Positions 12,046-25,682 of a DNA stretch of 64,000 nucleotides are shown one piece after another. Within the stretch, counting starts at the first letter, position 1. Each line of letters starts with the position of its first letter. The notes below the pieces were generated by a model. The model was not told where the DNA came from. It did not search any database and worked only from the letters and a program-made list of their open reading frames with translations. The stretch comes from Protoeuglena noctilucae (taxonomy: Eukaryota), in the NCBI GenBank assembly GCA_958009085.1, contig OY253678.1, forward strand, positions 248,001 through 312,000. The letters run 5' to 3'. Made by a program: the position numbers and the translations under genes.

Positions 12046-15000
12046 TCAATCGGGCTGACTGGCCGTCGGGTTCGCTTGTGCCGCAGCGTCAGGATGTGCC
12101 TTGCGCATGTGCGCCGCCAGGCTGCGCTGGGACACCCCGACCGCCCGGCTGCAGACCGGGCAGACCTTGGCCGCCGGCTTGGCCTTGCCGGGACGCGTGG
12201 TCACCGACACCCGGCCATGCAGCTCCAGCTCGACCCTCTGGAGCTGCTGCAGGAACCCCGCGTTGGGCCGCACGTCCGGCTTGACGCTGCGGAGGTGATC
12301 CAGGGCGTCCCGGAGCGTGTAGCCCTCCTGGCACATGAGGTAGATGAGGCAGAGCGTCGCGCTCCTCGACTTGCCCTCGTAACTGCGGCCGCAGCAAGCG
12401 CATCCCTTCCTTGCAAAGCGGAGATGCACGCACGACTACGACCTCGCGCGCACCGCGGTGCCCGCGACGGCTCACCAGTGCACCAGGACGGACCGCCCCG
12501 CGCCAATCGCCTCCGCGACGAACCCTGTGGCCGCCTCCACCAAAGGCGCCGTGTCCTGGTCCTCGGTGTCCTTGACGGGGCAGCGGAGGAACACGAAGCC
12601 CTCCTCCTCAGGCGGGGCGTGCACCTCGTCCGGCTCGGTCACGTTGACGATGTGCGTGACGCCCAGGTGGTGCAGGAGGTGGTAGGAGTTGGAGCACACG
12701 GCCGAGCCCAGGAACAGCGTCGCCCCGTCGTCGCCGTCGCTGTCGGGCGAGGGCTCCTCCGCAGGCGCATCGGTCGCCCCTCCTGCCGCATCGGCACCAC
12801 CCTCGGCGTCCCCCTCTGCGCCCACGCCCTCCGCCGCCCCCGTGCGCCGGTGCCGCACCACAGCGATCGGCCGCGCCGTGGACGTCGCTTCCGTGATGAG
12901 CCTGGGGAACCCGGACACGGCTGGGTCATACCCTTACCGACTGGCACATCACCACCAGCGAAAGGCATACAAGTGGCCACGCACCTCAGACGGCGGAGGA
13001 CGTGCTGCAAGCGGACCTTGAGCTCGTAGCTGTCGACGACTGGCAACGCACCGTCCAGGAACCCCGTGGTCAACTGCAGCGAGACGGGTCACGAGTGTCT
13101 AAGTATGCAGCCTCAGCCTCCCTGACCCAGGCTTGCCATAGCTCCTCCACGCCACTCACCAGCGGCACGTTGGGGTCGCGGGACCGCTTGCTCTGCCACT
13201 CCTCCACGGCCGCGCGCAGCTCCGCCCCCTTCTCCCGGATCTGCCGCACCCACCGCCGCAGCTTGCTCTGCAGCTCGTCGTCGCCCTTGGCCTGCGGAGC
13301 GGCAGGCACAGGGCACGTGGCAGACCCCAGGACGCCAGCAGCAGCACAGGCGAGCCCATTACACCGGCACCACCAGCCGCCGCGGCCTCGCCTCGGTCTT
13401 GAGTCGCCGCAGCACCACCGTCTGGCTGCTGGGCCGCGTCCCCAGGTTGGCGGCCTTCTCTTGCGCGGACGTGTTCGACGGCCGCCCGCTGATGGCATCC
13501 AGCTCATCCTGCGTGCTCGACTCCTGCCGCGAGTGGCCCGCGGACGGGCCCGACCTGCGAGACAGAATGGTCTCCATCGTCGGGGGGCCACAACATGTTA
13601 TTTGTTCCCTTCAGGCCACCACGACAAGCTTGCCTGATCCCGGGGGAGATGTCCTTGATGGTCATCCACCTCAGGTGGTGCTCGTGGCCCGGGTTATACC
13701 CCGCCGCCCCGTCCCGTGGGGGGCTCTCCTGCCCATTCTCCGTGGCAGACGCGTGGCCCCAGTCGGTGATCTCGGGGATGGCGTGGCGCTCCTCCTGACT
13801 GCGGGGGTGGGTTGGGTTGCATTCCAGAACGTCGCATGGCAGCCAGGCGGCAGCACTCATGGCCTCCGTCCCCATTGCGCCTGGCCCCTCTCCACTCCCT
13901 CTCCCATTTCATCGCACCTGGCCCTGCCCCTCTCTGCTCCCTCTCCTGCGCTCCCCTTCACGGATGGGGACGGCGCCCCCGACATGGCATCACGGGACGC
14001 AGAGACGGGCCGTGGGCCTCGCATGTCCGTGATGAAGTCCTGGATCTCCACCGACAAGTGCTCGTAGATCATGTCCATCAGGCCCTGAATGCGCTGGGCC
14101 CGGTGACACGCGTCGCGCACCCCCTGCGTGCACCCCAAGGGGACGGACCGTGCGCTGTTCACTCCAAAAGCGAACGGCCGAGCTTGGCAGGAGCACCTCC
14201 CGCGAAACGCACCTCGCGGAATGCGTCCACGACGCCGTCGTCCGCCGCCGCCGCCAGCCCCGCGGGGCTGGCCTGCACAATGCCCTCCAGCACCGACCGC
14301 GCCACCTCCCGATCGTTCAGTATCAGCTCCGCCATGCGGTGGGCGGCGAAGTCTTCCACGTCCCTGCGAGAGTCAGGGTAAGGGGCCTGGTGTGCGGCAC
14401 GTCTGCGTCAACACCCGGTGCGACAGGCTTGCGTGCGACCCACGCACCGGACGCCTTGAGGGGGCTTGCGGGGCACGCAGGAGTCGATGCCGACCAGCCG
14501 CCCGGCCACGGCCCCCCCGCTGCCGAACATGACGTTGCTGAGGTTCCCCCGCCAGCCCAGCTCCGTCACAGGCAGCCTGTCCGGGTTGCCGATCGCCATG
14601 TCGCACAGGAGGAGGCGCCCAATGTCCCCCGCGGTGGAGGTCACGTTTCCGGGCGCGAATGCCGCCTCTGCGCAAGCCGTAGAAAGGGGCTGGAGGTGGG
14701 GACATGGTTAGGCAAGGACGATGGGCTTTTTCTGATCCCCGCACCCTGCGTCCGTCACCTGCTTCGAGCAGCGGCTGTCCCTGGATGAACTCCATGGCCA
14801 GGCAGCAGGCGTGCGTCTCCAGCTCGGCGTCGAGGTCGTTGCCGTAAGGCTCCAGGGACCGCAGGTGCTGGCGGACCTCGTCGCTCCACAGGGCGGTACC
14901 TCGGCCCTTCTGCAGGGACGAGACCCGTGCAGGCCACTCTGAGACACTCTACCACCCTGCCAAAAACTTTCCCAGATGTTGACACTCGCTGCAGTCACCC

Positions 15001-16046
15001 GCAGGATGCGTGACCTGGGCGCCGCGATGCCCATGTGCATGGTCATCTCCGTGCCGAACTGCTCGGCCTGGACCTCGAGGCGCGTCGAGCAAAACTTGAG
15101 CACGAGGCACGAGGGCCGCGGACCCGCCGTCGTCATCTGCGGTTGCGGCTTGGGAGGTGGAATGCGTGGGAGGCGAATGTGTGCCTGCTGCTCTTCTTAA
15201 CACGCCTGCGCGCCAAGACCTTACCAGGAAGAAGACCCGGCCGCCAGAGTTGATCTCCAGCACGCCGTTGTCCGCCTGGCTGTCTCCCGCCACTTCCGAG
15301 GGTAGGGCATAGCAGAAGTCAAGCCAAGGCAGCTCCTCCTGCGTTACGTCCGCCGACTCTGCCACGCGCAGCATGGCCCGAAGCCGGCCCTCGTCGTCCA
15401 CGATGGGGGACACGGAACGAGGCGTGGACGGCTTGCTGGCCGCGCCCGGCTCCGCCGTGCCGCGGCAACCCACGGTCCCGCGGCTGACGCAACCTGTGAG
15501 CGGCGCCGGTGGTGTCACGTTTGCAAAGCAGAGCTGGGCCCGGCCTCCGGATGTGCTCGCCTGTCATGCCACACAGCGCACAAGAGTTCGAGGGAGCAGC
15601 TCACCGCGACTGGCGGACCGCATCTCTCCCGCAAAGGACAGCCTTGGGGAGGGCAGGGCCGGGGCCGGGTAGCTGGTGCGGCCGTAGAGGTGGGGCGACA
15701 CCTCACTGAGCACGCTCGACAGCTCGTCCACGGACGTGACATGCCCGACGTCCTGCTCCCCTTGCGAGTGCTCCAGAAGCGCGTTCTGGATGATGACACG
15801 CAGCCGCTGCGTCCGCGGCGAGGGCGGGGCACGGGGCAGGCTGCCCAGGGTCGGCGAGCCACTTCGGAGCCCGGTACCTGCGTCTCCGCGACCCAAAGGC
15901 GGCTTCCCCGAAGCAGCGGCGCCACGCTGGCTGATGCCCGAGACATGCAGGGCCGCTGCAGCGTCCACGTTGGTCACGGCAGCGTGGGGGGGCGTCCGCT
16001 GGGCGCCCTCGGCTGCCCCAATCCCATCTGCGGGCGCTGAGCGCAT
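12046..16046 (-). CDS. PHS1: PHS1-type dual-specificity phosphatase with actin-fragmin kinase domain and C-terminal C2H2-like finger
   Basis: Kinase-like motifs INSGGRVFF, GNPDRLP..LGWRGN..N, IDSCVPRKPP; TGFLDG...VDSYELKVRLQH; DSP motif VHC-YEGKSRS split by an intron; PNAGF; CPVC...HMRKAH. 5' end approximate. Confidence 0.9.
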
Positions 16047-17130
16047 TGTCAGCGGCGCCTAGGACAAGACGGGCTGCCGGGCTCAGGGTCTTGACACGAC
16101 TGGTGCGGCTGGGGCCGCCCCTCACCCTCGTGCCCCGAACCCTTTTTGGTTTTGGGCGCTTGCTGGCCTCCGCCCAGGTGTTTGATGCTCACAGCCTTGG
16201 CGAGTCCTGCAAAAGAAACGTATGCACGACATTTGCGAGGCAGATTCTGCGCGTCCCGCCAGCAGCGCGGGCCCGTTCGATCGTACCTGTTGGAAGCGTG
16301 TTCGCGTCGGCCTCCGCTCGATGCGCGCCCCCGAGGCCCGCAGCGGATCCCTTCCGCAGACCTTTCTTCGCGGGGGCAGCCGCAGCATCCTCCCTCGGCC
16401 CCCACCGCATGATGCAGCCGCGTAGGGCGGCGCACCTGGATGTGAGCGCCCGCAAAACCTAGCTGAGATGCGGACCACCCTACCCCACGCGCCCGCACCT
16501 CTCGTCCACCCCGTCAGTAACCGCAACCAGTCACGCTGGATCGGGCGCGTTGCCTCGAAGCAACTGATGTCAGACGGACCGCGTCAGCTGTTGGACATCG
16601 TCGCCCAGGCCATCTCTATCGGCCACTCCCTCGCATCTCTCGCAGACACTGACGCCCTCGAGCTCCCTTTATCCCAGCGATCTCCAGGTGAGAGCCTCGC
16701 GCGCTGGGGCCCGCCCTGCGCGTCCTCCCGGCCAGACAGATGGTTGAGTGTGACTTTTATCTCGAAATCTCGCCTTGCGTCGTCGGATAAGCGCCCATCT
16801 CCCTCCTCGGCGGAGGGGAGCGTCCCTGCTGCGGCCCGCCTAGATCTCGTCGGCACAATGGGTCTGCTGCTCTCCCGTGGATCCGTGCGTCGTATTTCGA
16901 GGCTGTTGCGGCCCCCGTGGATGGCGGGGTGCCGGGAGCGCGCAGATCCGTGCTTCTTGGCCGCGGCAGTTGTCTCCAGTGCGTGGGCTGAGCGCGCGCC
17001 GTGCCCGCCTATCGCCAGCCTCGCTCCCAATCGTGGGATGTTCTGACCATTTACCGCCACCTAGCGACAGCACTGGCCTCGACGAGCTCTCAAGCGTCTC
17101 CCACGCCCCCTCCGCCGCAGGACCGAAACC

Positions 17131-17837
17131 ATGCCGAACCCCGTCGTGTTCTTCGACATCACCATCGGCGGCCGCCCCGCCGGCCGCATCCAGTTCGAGC
17201 TCTTTGCGGACGTCGCGCCCAAGACGGCCGAGAACTTCCGGGCGCTCTGCACGGGTGACACTTGTGGCAGGGCGTGTGCACTGAAGACTCGCACCAATGC
17301 GCCCCCCCGCCAACGCGAACGTTGCCGATCCCCGCAGGCGAGAAGGGCGTCGGCAAGTCCGGCAAGCCGCTGCACTTCAAGAACTGCCCCTTCCACCGCA
17401 TCATTCCCGAGTTCATGTGCCAGGGCGGGTGAGCGGCGGAAAGCAGAGGAGCCCTCGCGCGCGGCCCGCTTCCTCGTGGGCCGGCTTGTGTCACCTCCCT
17501 TCCGCACAACCCACCCCCGCCCCCCGCCTGCAGTGACTTCACCGTCGGCAACGGCACGGGCGGCGAGTCCATCTACGGCGCCAAGTTCCCCGACGAGAAC
17601 TTCACGCGCAAGCACACGGAGCCCTTCCTGCTGTCCATGGCCAACGCGGGCCCCAACACGAACGGCAGCCAGTTCTTCATCACCACGGTGCCCTGCCCCT
17701 GGCTCGACGGCAAGCACGTCGTGTTTGGCAAGGTCACCCAGGGCAGCGACGTCGTGAAGCAGATGGAGGCGGCCGGGTCCAGCTCGGGCGCCCCGCGCGC
17801 TCCCGTCGTCATCGCCGACTGCGGCCAGCTGGCTTAA
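17131..17837 (+). CDS. Cytosolic cyclophilin (peptidyl-prolyl cis-trans isomerase)
   Basis: [73 protein letters not shown]. Three exons. Confidence 0.97.
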
Positions 17838-17910
17838 ACTGCGGATCATTCGAGCGCCGCGGCGGTGGGATGGTTGCCCCGGCGTCTGGACGTTTGAAAC
17901 CGCCCTCTCA

Positions 17911-19815
17911 TCAGCCCCGCATCCCGAGCAGTGCGGCCCCGAACGACGCCTCCCCGCGCTTGGCCGGCACCACTGGCACGCCCAGCGCCCGCTCGCGGAT
18001 CCGTGACCACGCTGTGTTCCGCGCCCCACCCCCCGACGACACCACTCGCTTGAGCGGCGTCGCGCCCATGTCTGCCAGCACGCGGTAGGCCGTCCCCTCC
18101 ACGTCGGCGATTCCCTGCGACGTTCCGGCCGGGTTGCACTCGCTGGCACCCCTCAGAAGGTGTCCACCTTCTGACCTGGTCCAATGCATTGCGTCCCAGC
18201 TCCACTCACCTCCAGAATGCCCTGCAGGAACAGAGCTCGGTCCGAGGGGCGGGGCTCCAGCACAGGGTCTTTGTCGGGGTCGCACACGGGGAAGCGCTCC
18301 CCCCTGCTGGGGAGTGGGTAGTACCCCAGGCCTGTGGGAGAGTCGGGGTCCACCCGCTCCGACAGGGCCGCAATCTCGTCATCGGAGAAGAACTGCCGCA
18401 GCTGCAGGGGCGGTGAGCACGCGCAACTCGACGCGGCCCGGTCGGAGGGGCGGGGCAGGCGTGAAGTGACCCGCGGAGGCAGCACTCGCCACGGCTCCTC
18501 CGACGTTGGAAGCCCCCCCCACCAGCCAGGCATCGCCCAGGCGGTGCGAGTAGACCCCGCGCGCGTCGTCCTCCACGGGCCTCTCGGAGATGAGCTTCAC
18601 GGCCAGCGTGGAGCCCAGGGACGTGACGGCCTCTCCCGGCTCCCTCACCCCCGCCGCCAGGAACGCGGCGATGCTGTCAGTGGTCCCCGCATGGACAACG
18701 CAACCGGGGCCGAGACCAAAGCGCCGCTGCGCTTCCTTCGACACCGCCGCGACCGCCTGCCCCGGCCTGCTAGCATGCGGGGGGCATTCGATGCCCGCTC
18801 GCACAAAGCACCTGGCGTACACCCGGAGCGGGTACGACGTGGCGTTTCACCTGCGGACGTCTCTCGGCACAGCCGCCATCAGCGGCAGCGACTGCATCCA
18901 TGCAGGGTAGTCCTCGGCCTTGGGGTCGTAGCCAAGCTTGAGCGCGTTGTTCCAGTCGGACGCCCACTTGCCGTGCAACAAGAACGCGAGCCAATCACTG
19001 CGGCAGGGCGGGGACCGGTCGCAGGGCCGCCATTACGCTTGCTGCTCTCAGCTTGGCGGGTGCGTCTGTGCTCACCACTGGTGCATGAGGCAGGGGTGGC
19101 GTCCCTCGCTCCTCGCAGCGTCCAGCGCCCCCGACAGGTGCCAAGAGGCGAGCTTGCACAGTGCAGACGTCGCAGCCCGGGTCGTGTTGCCCTCAGGGCT
19201 GACGGACCGCACTGCGTGGAGGTCAGGGACGTAAGTCGCTGAATCAGGCACGCGGCCTGGCGCATGCTCGCGTTCCCGCCAGTGCAGCAACCACAACGCG
19301 TCACCGTACTGCACAACTGCTGCATCCTGTGCCTCGTTGTACAGCCTGGCGTCCCCCAGGACCTCTCCCGACCCGAGGTCCACGAGGAGCGCCGTCGCAC
19401 TCGTGCCGTCGAAGCACACGCGGCCGACCTTTCCCCGGACATCCGGGGAGATGGACAGGACTGCAGGAAAGGCTGTCGTTGGCGACGTCATACGTGGCAC
19501 GGACCGGCCTCGGCGCACAGCACACCCCTGGGACGCACCCAGCGACTCCAGAGCCGTTTCCCAGGCGTCGACGGCTCTCAACGCTGTGGGGTACATTCCT
19601 CTCGCCTCCGCGACTACCCTCACGCCGTCCTCGCTCGCATCGTCCCTCGATATCACCGTCGCTCGGCACCCGCTCGTCCCAAAGTCGATGCCAAGACAGT
19701 ACTGGTCATGCGACCCTGCCACGGCGCCGACCGTTCCACTGATACGCAGGATCATGCGGGCATTCGGTCCACGGGCAGCGCCCAGGGGCCCTGGAAGGCG
19801 CACTCCCAGGACCAT
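17911..19815 (-). CDS. FGGY-family sugar kinase (plastid xylulose/D-ribulose kinase, XK1 type)
   Basis: LGIDFGTSGCR, DGTSAT, LYNE, SDWNNALKLGYDP, GTTDSIAAFLA, SLGSTLA, YSHRLG, GGASNVGGAV, GERFP, GGGARN. Start approximate. Confidence 0.92.
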
Positions 19816-20124
19816 GCAACCTGCGCGTTCCCCACGGTGACACGATGCTGGTTTTTGCGACTTCTCCACAAATAATGACGTGACAACACGAGTATGATGA
19901 AACTTGCGTCTTCATCGCCAATCGGGCCGAGCAGAACTCACCTGCGCTGCGTCGCAACGCAGGTCTGGGATCGCCCACAAGCGACGGTCGGGGCTCAGCT
20001 GGGGCGTCAACGGAAGCGCGGTTCTGGATGTGTCAACGGCTCAGCACGCTCGTCGATTTCCCTCGCTGCTGCAGCGGACAGCCCTGGATAGAAGAGGCAC
20101 TAGAGAACAAACAACGCCAAGGCC

Positions 20125-21809
20125 ATGCAGGCCGCAATTTACGCGACATCCTGCAGAGGACTAGCGCGGGCGCATATTCGCCGCGCCGATCGAGGGTGAC
20201 ACCGGGCAGACGGGCAGCGCGGCCCAGAACTCGCTGCAGAGGACGAACGCCAACCCGAGACAGCCCTTCTTTTACGACCGCAGGTTGCTGTGCGTCGCTC
20301 CCCCTGCAGGTAGGACCCTCCTCCGCGATCTGTCGAGTCCGATATGCAGGGCGACGCAGCCGCCGCAGCCGTCCCAGGCCTCATCGCCGGCCAGCGTGGG
20401 CAGCTCGACGTCCCCTGAGCTGGTCGGCGAGGAGGCGGCGCGCTTCGTCCTTGCTGAGCAAAAGCTGTCGTCGTGGGTCGCTTTCTCGGCCGTCCTGGCC
20501 GTCGTGATGGCCATCCTCTACGCCGTGTGGATCCAGGCAAGCGGCCGACACAACAGCAGCAGGCACAACTCGTGCATCGGCACTGCCAGGGACGCTGTCC
20601 CGACACGGGCTCCCTCACCCTACCGCAGCCGGGGTTCGGACTCGCAGACGACTACGTCGCGTGGCTCAAGTCCTTCTCTTCCGACCCTGAGGTCGTCATC
20701 GTGGAGATTCTGCTGATATTCGCACTCTTCCACTCGGGCCTGGCGGGTCTCAGGTGCGCTTCCAGTCGGTGAAAGACCGCCTGTTGGCATGTGGAACATA
20801 TGAGGTGAGGTGCGCTTCCAGTCGGTGAAAGACCGCCTGTTGGCATGTGGAACATATGAGGTGGTCAACGCCTGCCCAGCTCCATCCGCGCAGGCCGTGG
20901 GGCGAGCAGCTGATCGGGGAGAGGGCGTACCGCGTGCTCTTCGCCTCCATCTCCCTCCCCCTGGCTGTGGTGGCCGTCTTCTACTTCATCAACCACCGCT
21001 ACGACGGCACGCCCCTGTGGAACGTGCGGGGAGTGCCCGGGGTCCACGAGGCGGTGTGGGTGTCGTCCCTGGTGTCCTTCTTCTTCCTGTATCCATCCAC
21101 GTTCAACTTGCTCGAGGTGGCGGCCGTGGACAAGCCTAAGCTGCATCTGTGGGAGACGGGGATCATGCGCATCACGCGGCACCCCCAGGTGCGCTGAGCA
21201 GGGGGCCGGGCTTCCGTGGCAGACGCATCGCTGTGCGGCCTTGCACCGGAGGGACATCTCCACACGCAGGCATGGGGCCAGCTGCTGTGGTGCCTCGCCC
21301 ACACCCTGTGGATCGGCAACTCGTTCATGGTCGTCACGTCCGCGGCCCTCTGCGCCCACCACTTCTTCGGCTGCTGGCACGGGGACCGGCGCCTCGAGGC
21401 CAAGTACGGCGACGCCTTCCTGGCGGTGAAGGAGAGGACCTCGATCGTCCCATTCCAGGTACTTGGCGTTGAGTATCGGCGCCCGCTCCAGCCCTGAGCC
21501 AAGTGGCGGAGGAGCACCCACAGCGTCTCCTCAGTGGACCGACCCTTTCCCACTGCTGCCTGCCGCAGGCCGTCCTCGAGGGGCGCCAGCAGCTCCCTCC
21601 CGACTACTGGAAGGAGTTCCTCAAGGCGCCCTACTTTGGGATCGTGGCCTTCTCTGTGGGGTGAGGCGCCCTGCATGCCTGCTTAGGTGCACCTGCGCCT
21701 GCTATGCCTGCTTAAATGCACAGGTTCAGAGGCCCCCTGCCGTTGCCTTCGCAGTGCGTATCTGTGCCACCCGCTCATGCAGCGGGCGTCCTACTGGCTG
21801 AACTGGTGA
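20125..21809 (+). CDS. Z-ISO: 15-cis-zeta-carotene isomerase (NnrU family)
   Basis: LVGEEAARF, HSGLAGLRPWGEQLIGERAYRVLFA, INHRYDG, YPSTFNLLEVAAVDKPK, TGIMRITRHPQ, HGDRRL, HPLMQRASYWLNW*. Confidence 0.95.
20752..20863 (+). repeat. Perfect 2 x 56-bp tandem duplication at the 5' end of a Z-ISO intron
   Basis: Unit aggtgcgcttccagtcggtgaaagaccgcctgttggcatgtggaacatatgaggtg at 20752-20807 and 20808-20863. Confidence 0.97.
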
Positions 21810-21819
21810 TAGTCAGAGT

Positions 21820-22879
21820 TTAAGCACGATCGAGGAGTGCGCGGACGGCACCCACGTCCGCTAGCGAGGCCTTCTTCAGCAGCCCGACGTCCACCGCCCC
21901 CGCCACCATGTCGTACGTACCGCTTGCCAAAAGCCTGGCCGAGGCCTCGGGGCCTCCGGAGCAGTACCCGCACACCAGCTTCCCCTGGGCGCGTGTGGCA
22001 GCCACGATGGCGTCCAGGGCGGCCACGACCCTGCGAGCAGCCTCCCCGCCCGGAGTGTCGGTCGCCAGCGGTGGCCGTGAGCTGCAGTTGCGCAGACGCT
22101 GGGCCGCCGCGCCTGGCCCGACCTGGCATCGTCGGTGTTCCCCGGGCATCCCAGGCTGCTGCTGAGGTCCAAAGGGCCGAGGAACACACCGGAGATGCCC
22201 TCCGTCTTGAGAATTTCCGCGGCACAGTCCGCCCCCGCCTGGGTCTCGATCTACACAACGGGGTTGGGCAGCAGGGTTGTTGACTCACGTCCCTGCGGCG
22301 CAACGCTATGGGCCTAACCCATGTGCGCACCTGCGGCAGGATCATGACCCTGTCCTTGTACGCGTGGAGGTAGTCGGGGTCGGTGCCCCACCTCGAGGCG
22401 CGGACGAGGGGGTAGGCCACGCCCCTCACTCCGCCGTCGTGTGGGTAACGGCATGCGGCAATCACGCCCGCCGCTGCCTCGGGGGTGCTGATGAGGGGCA
22501 CGATGATACCATCGGGGCCTATGTCCAGGGCTCGCTTCAGCACCTCCGCCCGGTCACACTCGACCCTGAGCAAGACCGTCCGGGCCCCTCCTGCTCGCGC
22601 GGCCTGCAGCATGGCCGTCGCCGTCTCGAATCCGATGGGCGAGTGCTCCATGTCGACGACCAGGAAGTCAAAGCCCATGCACGCCATGAGCTCGGCCACA
22701 TGCGGGCTGCCGCTCATCAGGAACGCGCCGTATGCGGGAGTCTTCGCTCCTTTGGCTGGCAACTGCCGTTGCATTGCGCAGGGGCGTCTGGCGTGCCCTC
22801 GGGCTGCACTCCCAGACCTCTGGCCGCAACGGGAGGGGATGCCTCGCCACAGGTATGCGCTCGTGCGCGCAGAAACCAT
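21820..22879 (-). CDS. HpcH/HpaI aldolase family protein
   Basis: GFDFLVVDMEHSP, KRALDIGPDGIIVP, CRYP..GVRG, ILPQIET, FLGPLDLS. An alternative start is at 22774. Confidence 0.92.
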
Positions 22880-23684
22880 GTAAAGGGGACCAACTGGGCC
22901 TAGCCCCGCGAATTTGGGCTCCGTTCCGGACGCTGTCACCGGTCTTGACGCACAACTGAGGTGCGGGGCAGCCACAGGGTTCTCCAATGCCCATAACGCC
23001 GATCTGGCACCATGCCAGTGGGCCGTTGAGCCCCCGCAGCGAAGACCCCGTCCTGTGCGGAAGCGGCGCCCAGTTTAGGTACCCGGGGAAGCCTGTCACG
23101 GTGGCTCGGGGACAGGGGACCGCCGGGGTTGGACTTTCGCTTCCTTGACTCCCTGCCGGGCCGCCTGCTCGGCAGACGGGGCCCGCGGCCGCTTCACAGA
23201 CCGAATCAAGGGCGGCGTGCTTGAGGCGCAGGGCGTCAAAGTGCTGCGTTGGGGGGAAGGTGCGCCTTTCGCCCGGCTGCCTCCTGCGGTGCCCGCCGTG
23301 GCGGGAGGGCGGGAGCTTGGTCAACTTGCATGAAATTGCTGGCTTGCCAATCGAGATCTGGGGGATCCACCCCCTGCGCGCCGAGGGCCGCGAGGGGTGC
23401 CAGAGATGGCCGGGGAGCGCGCGATGCAGGCTGCCGGGGGCGGGCGCGTGGGCGGACGGGAAGGCGTTGGCGAATGGCACGTCGACGCGTGCTCGATCGC
23501 TGCCTCGCCCTCTCCCTGGGCTGCCCGACCTCACAACAGTCGCTTCGGGCCGCCGCTCCCTCGGGACAGGGGCCCGCGGGTGCCCGAGCTCGATGCCTTC
23601 GAACGTTGGTGGCACGCTGCGCTGTCCGCGAACGCGCGGAGCGGCGAGCGAGGCAAGGATGCTCCCCCCGGCCGCAACTGCAGG

Positions 23685-25682
23685 ATGTCGTCGTTCAAGC
23701 CCCTCCACGCGCTCAAGTCGATCGCGTCATGGATCCCCGACATTGAGCGCCCTCTTCCGGGCAAGAAGGTGCCGCTGAAGGACAAGTTCCTCTACACGGC
23801 CGTCGCCCTCTTCGTCTTCCTCGTGTGCTCCCAGCTGCCGCTCTACGGCATCAAGACCAACACAGGGTCGGACCCCTTCTACTGGGCGCGCATGATCATG
23901 GCGTCCTCGAAGGGCACCCTCATGGAGCTGGGCATCGGGCCCATCGTCACGTCGGGCATGGTCATGCAGCTGCTCGTCGGCACCCAGGTGCGCTGTGCCA
24001 CGCCGGGCCGGGCCGCGGGCACGGCGCGGGCGCCTCGCGCCGGGAGCCGGAGCATTTATCGTGAACGTGCGGTCCAATCCCCCGCAGCTCATCTCGATCG
24101 ACACGAACGTCAAGGAGGACAAGGCGCTCTACAACGGCGTGCAGAAGCTCTTGGCCCTGCTCATCACGGCCGGCGAGGCCATCGCGTACGTCTTTTCGGG
24201 CATGTACGGCAACGTCTCCACGGAGCTTGGCCCCCTGAACACGACCCTCATCATCCTCCAGCTCATCGCGGCCGGCATCGTGGTCATGCTCCTGGACGAC
24301 CTCCTGCAGAGCCCCGAGCCCGGGCGCGTCGACGGCTACGGCCTCGGGTCCGGCATCTCCCTCTTCATCGCCACCAACACCTGCGAGATGGTCGCCTGGC
24401 AGGCCTTCTCCCCCCTCACGGTCGCACGTGAGACGGGCACGCAGTTCGAGGGCGCGGTCGTGTCGCTGGTGTCCTCGCTCTTCTCCGAGCGGGACAAGGT
24501 CCGCGCCATCAAGAACGCCTTCTACCGCACCAACAGCCCCAACCTCTCGAGCCTGCTGGCCACGGGTGCGTCGGGTGACCGACGCGATGACAGGCACCGC
24601 CACGGGGTTCGGCCCCCTCCCTCATACCGCCACCCCTTCGTCTCGCCCCCGCAGCCGTCATCTTCATGCTCGTCATCTTCCTCCAGGGCTTCCGCGTCGA
24701 GCTCCCCATCACCAGCCGCAAGTCGGCGGCGTACAAGAGCACCATCCCCATCAAGCTCTTCTACACCTCCAACATGCCCATCATCCTCCAGTCCGCCCTC
24801 GTCTCCAACCTGTTCTTCCTCTCCCAGCTCCTCTGGCGCCGCTTCGCCCAGGACGGGAAGGGCCTCGTCGCGCGCCTCGTCATGCTCCTGGGCCACTGGC
24901 AGTACATCCAGACGGGGCAGCTCAAGCCCGTCAACGGCCTCATCTACTACCTGTCGCCCCCGTCCTCCGTGGTGAGTGCGCGCCCCCGGCTTTGCTGCAC
25001 ATCAACGGGCCTCCATGCACGCAACACGGTGCTCCCCTTGCAAGGGCGAGCCCAGCACCTTCGCCCCCGCCCGCGCCGCAGACGGAGGCGTTCACGGACC
25101 CGCTGCACTTCGTGCTGTACGTGGCCTTCATGCTCACGTCCTGCGCCCTCTTTTCCAAGGTCTGGATCGAGATCTCGATGCAGTCGGCCAAGCACATTGC
25201 CAGCAGCCTCCGCCAGCAGAACATGAAGCTCGCCTTCGCTCGCGACGACCCCAAGGCCATGCAGGCGAGCGCCGGGCCGCGTGGGCGGGGGAGGCATGCA
25301 TGTCGCAATGCCCTCCCAGCGCGGGGGCGTGTCTGGAGCTCCCCGCCCCTTCTGCTTCCTCTCGCGCAGGAGCAGCTCAACCGGTACATCCCGACGGCCG
25401 CGGCGTTCGGCGGCATGTGCATCGGCCTGCTCACCATCGCCGCCGACCTCCTGGGCGCGGTCGGGTCCGGCACGGGCATCCTGCTCGCCGTGGTGAGGCA
25501 TCGGCAGCTCGTCCTCGTGGGGGTGTCCTGAATGCCCAAGTCAGCCGAGGCAGGTCGCTATACTCGGGACAGCAAAGAGACCGACTCCGTCTCGGTGTCC
25601 CTCGCAGACCATCGTCTACCAGTTCTTCGAGGCGATCGACAAGGAGCGCAAGGAGGCCATGGGCGAGACCATCATCGGCTGA
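23685..25682 (+). CDS. SEC61A: Protein transport protein Sec61 subunit alpha
   Basis: [92 protein letters not shown]. Six coding exons. Confidence 0.97.

Noticed and set aside
20752..20863. CRISPR-like array
   Set aside because: Two adjacent copies with no spacer, no cas genes, and a eukaryotic context.
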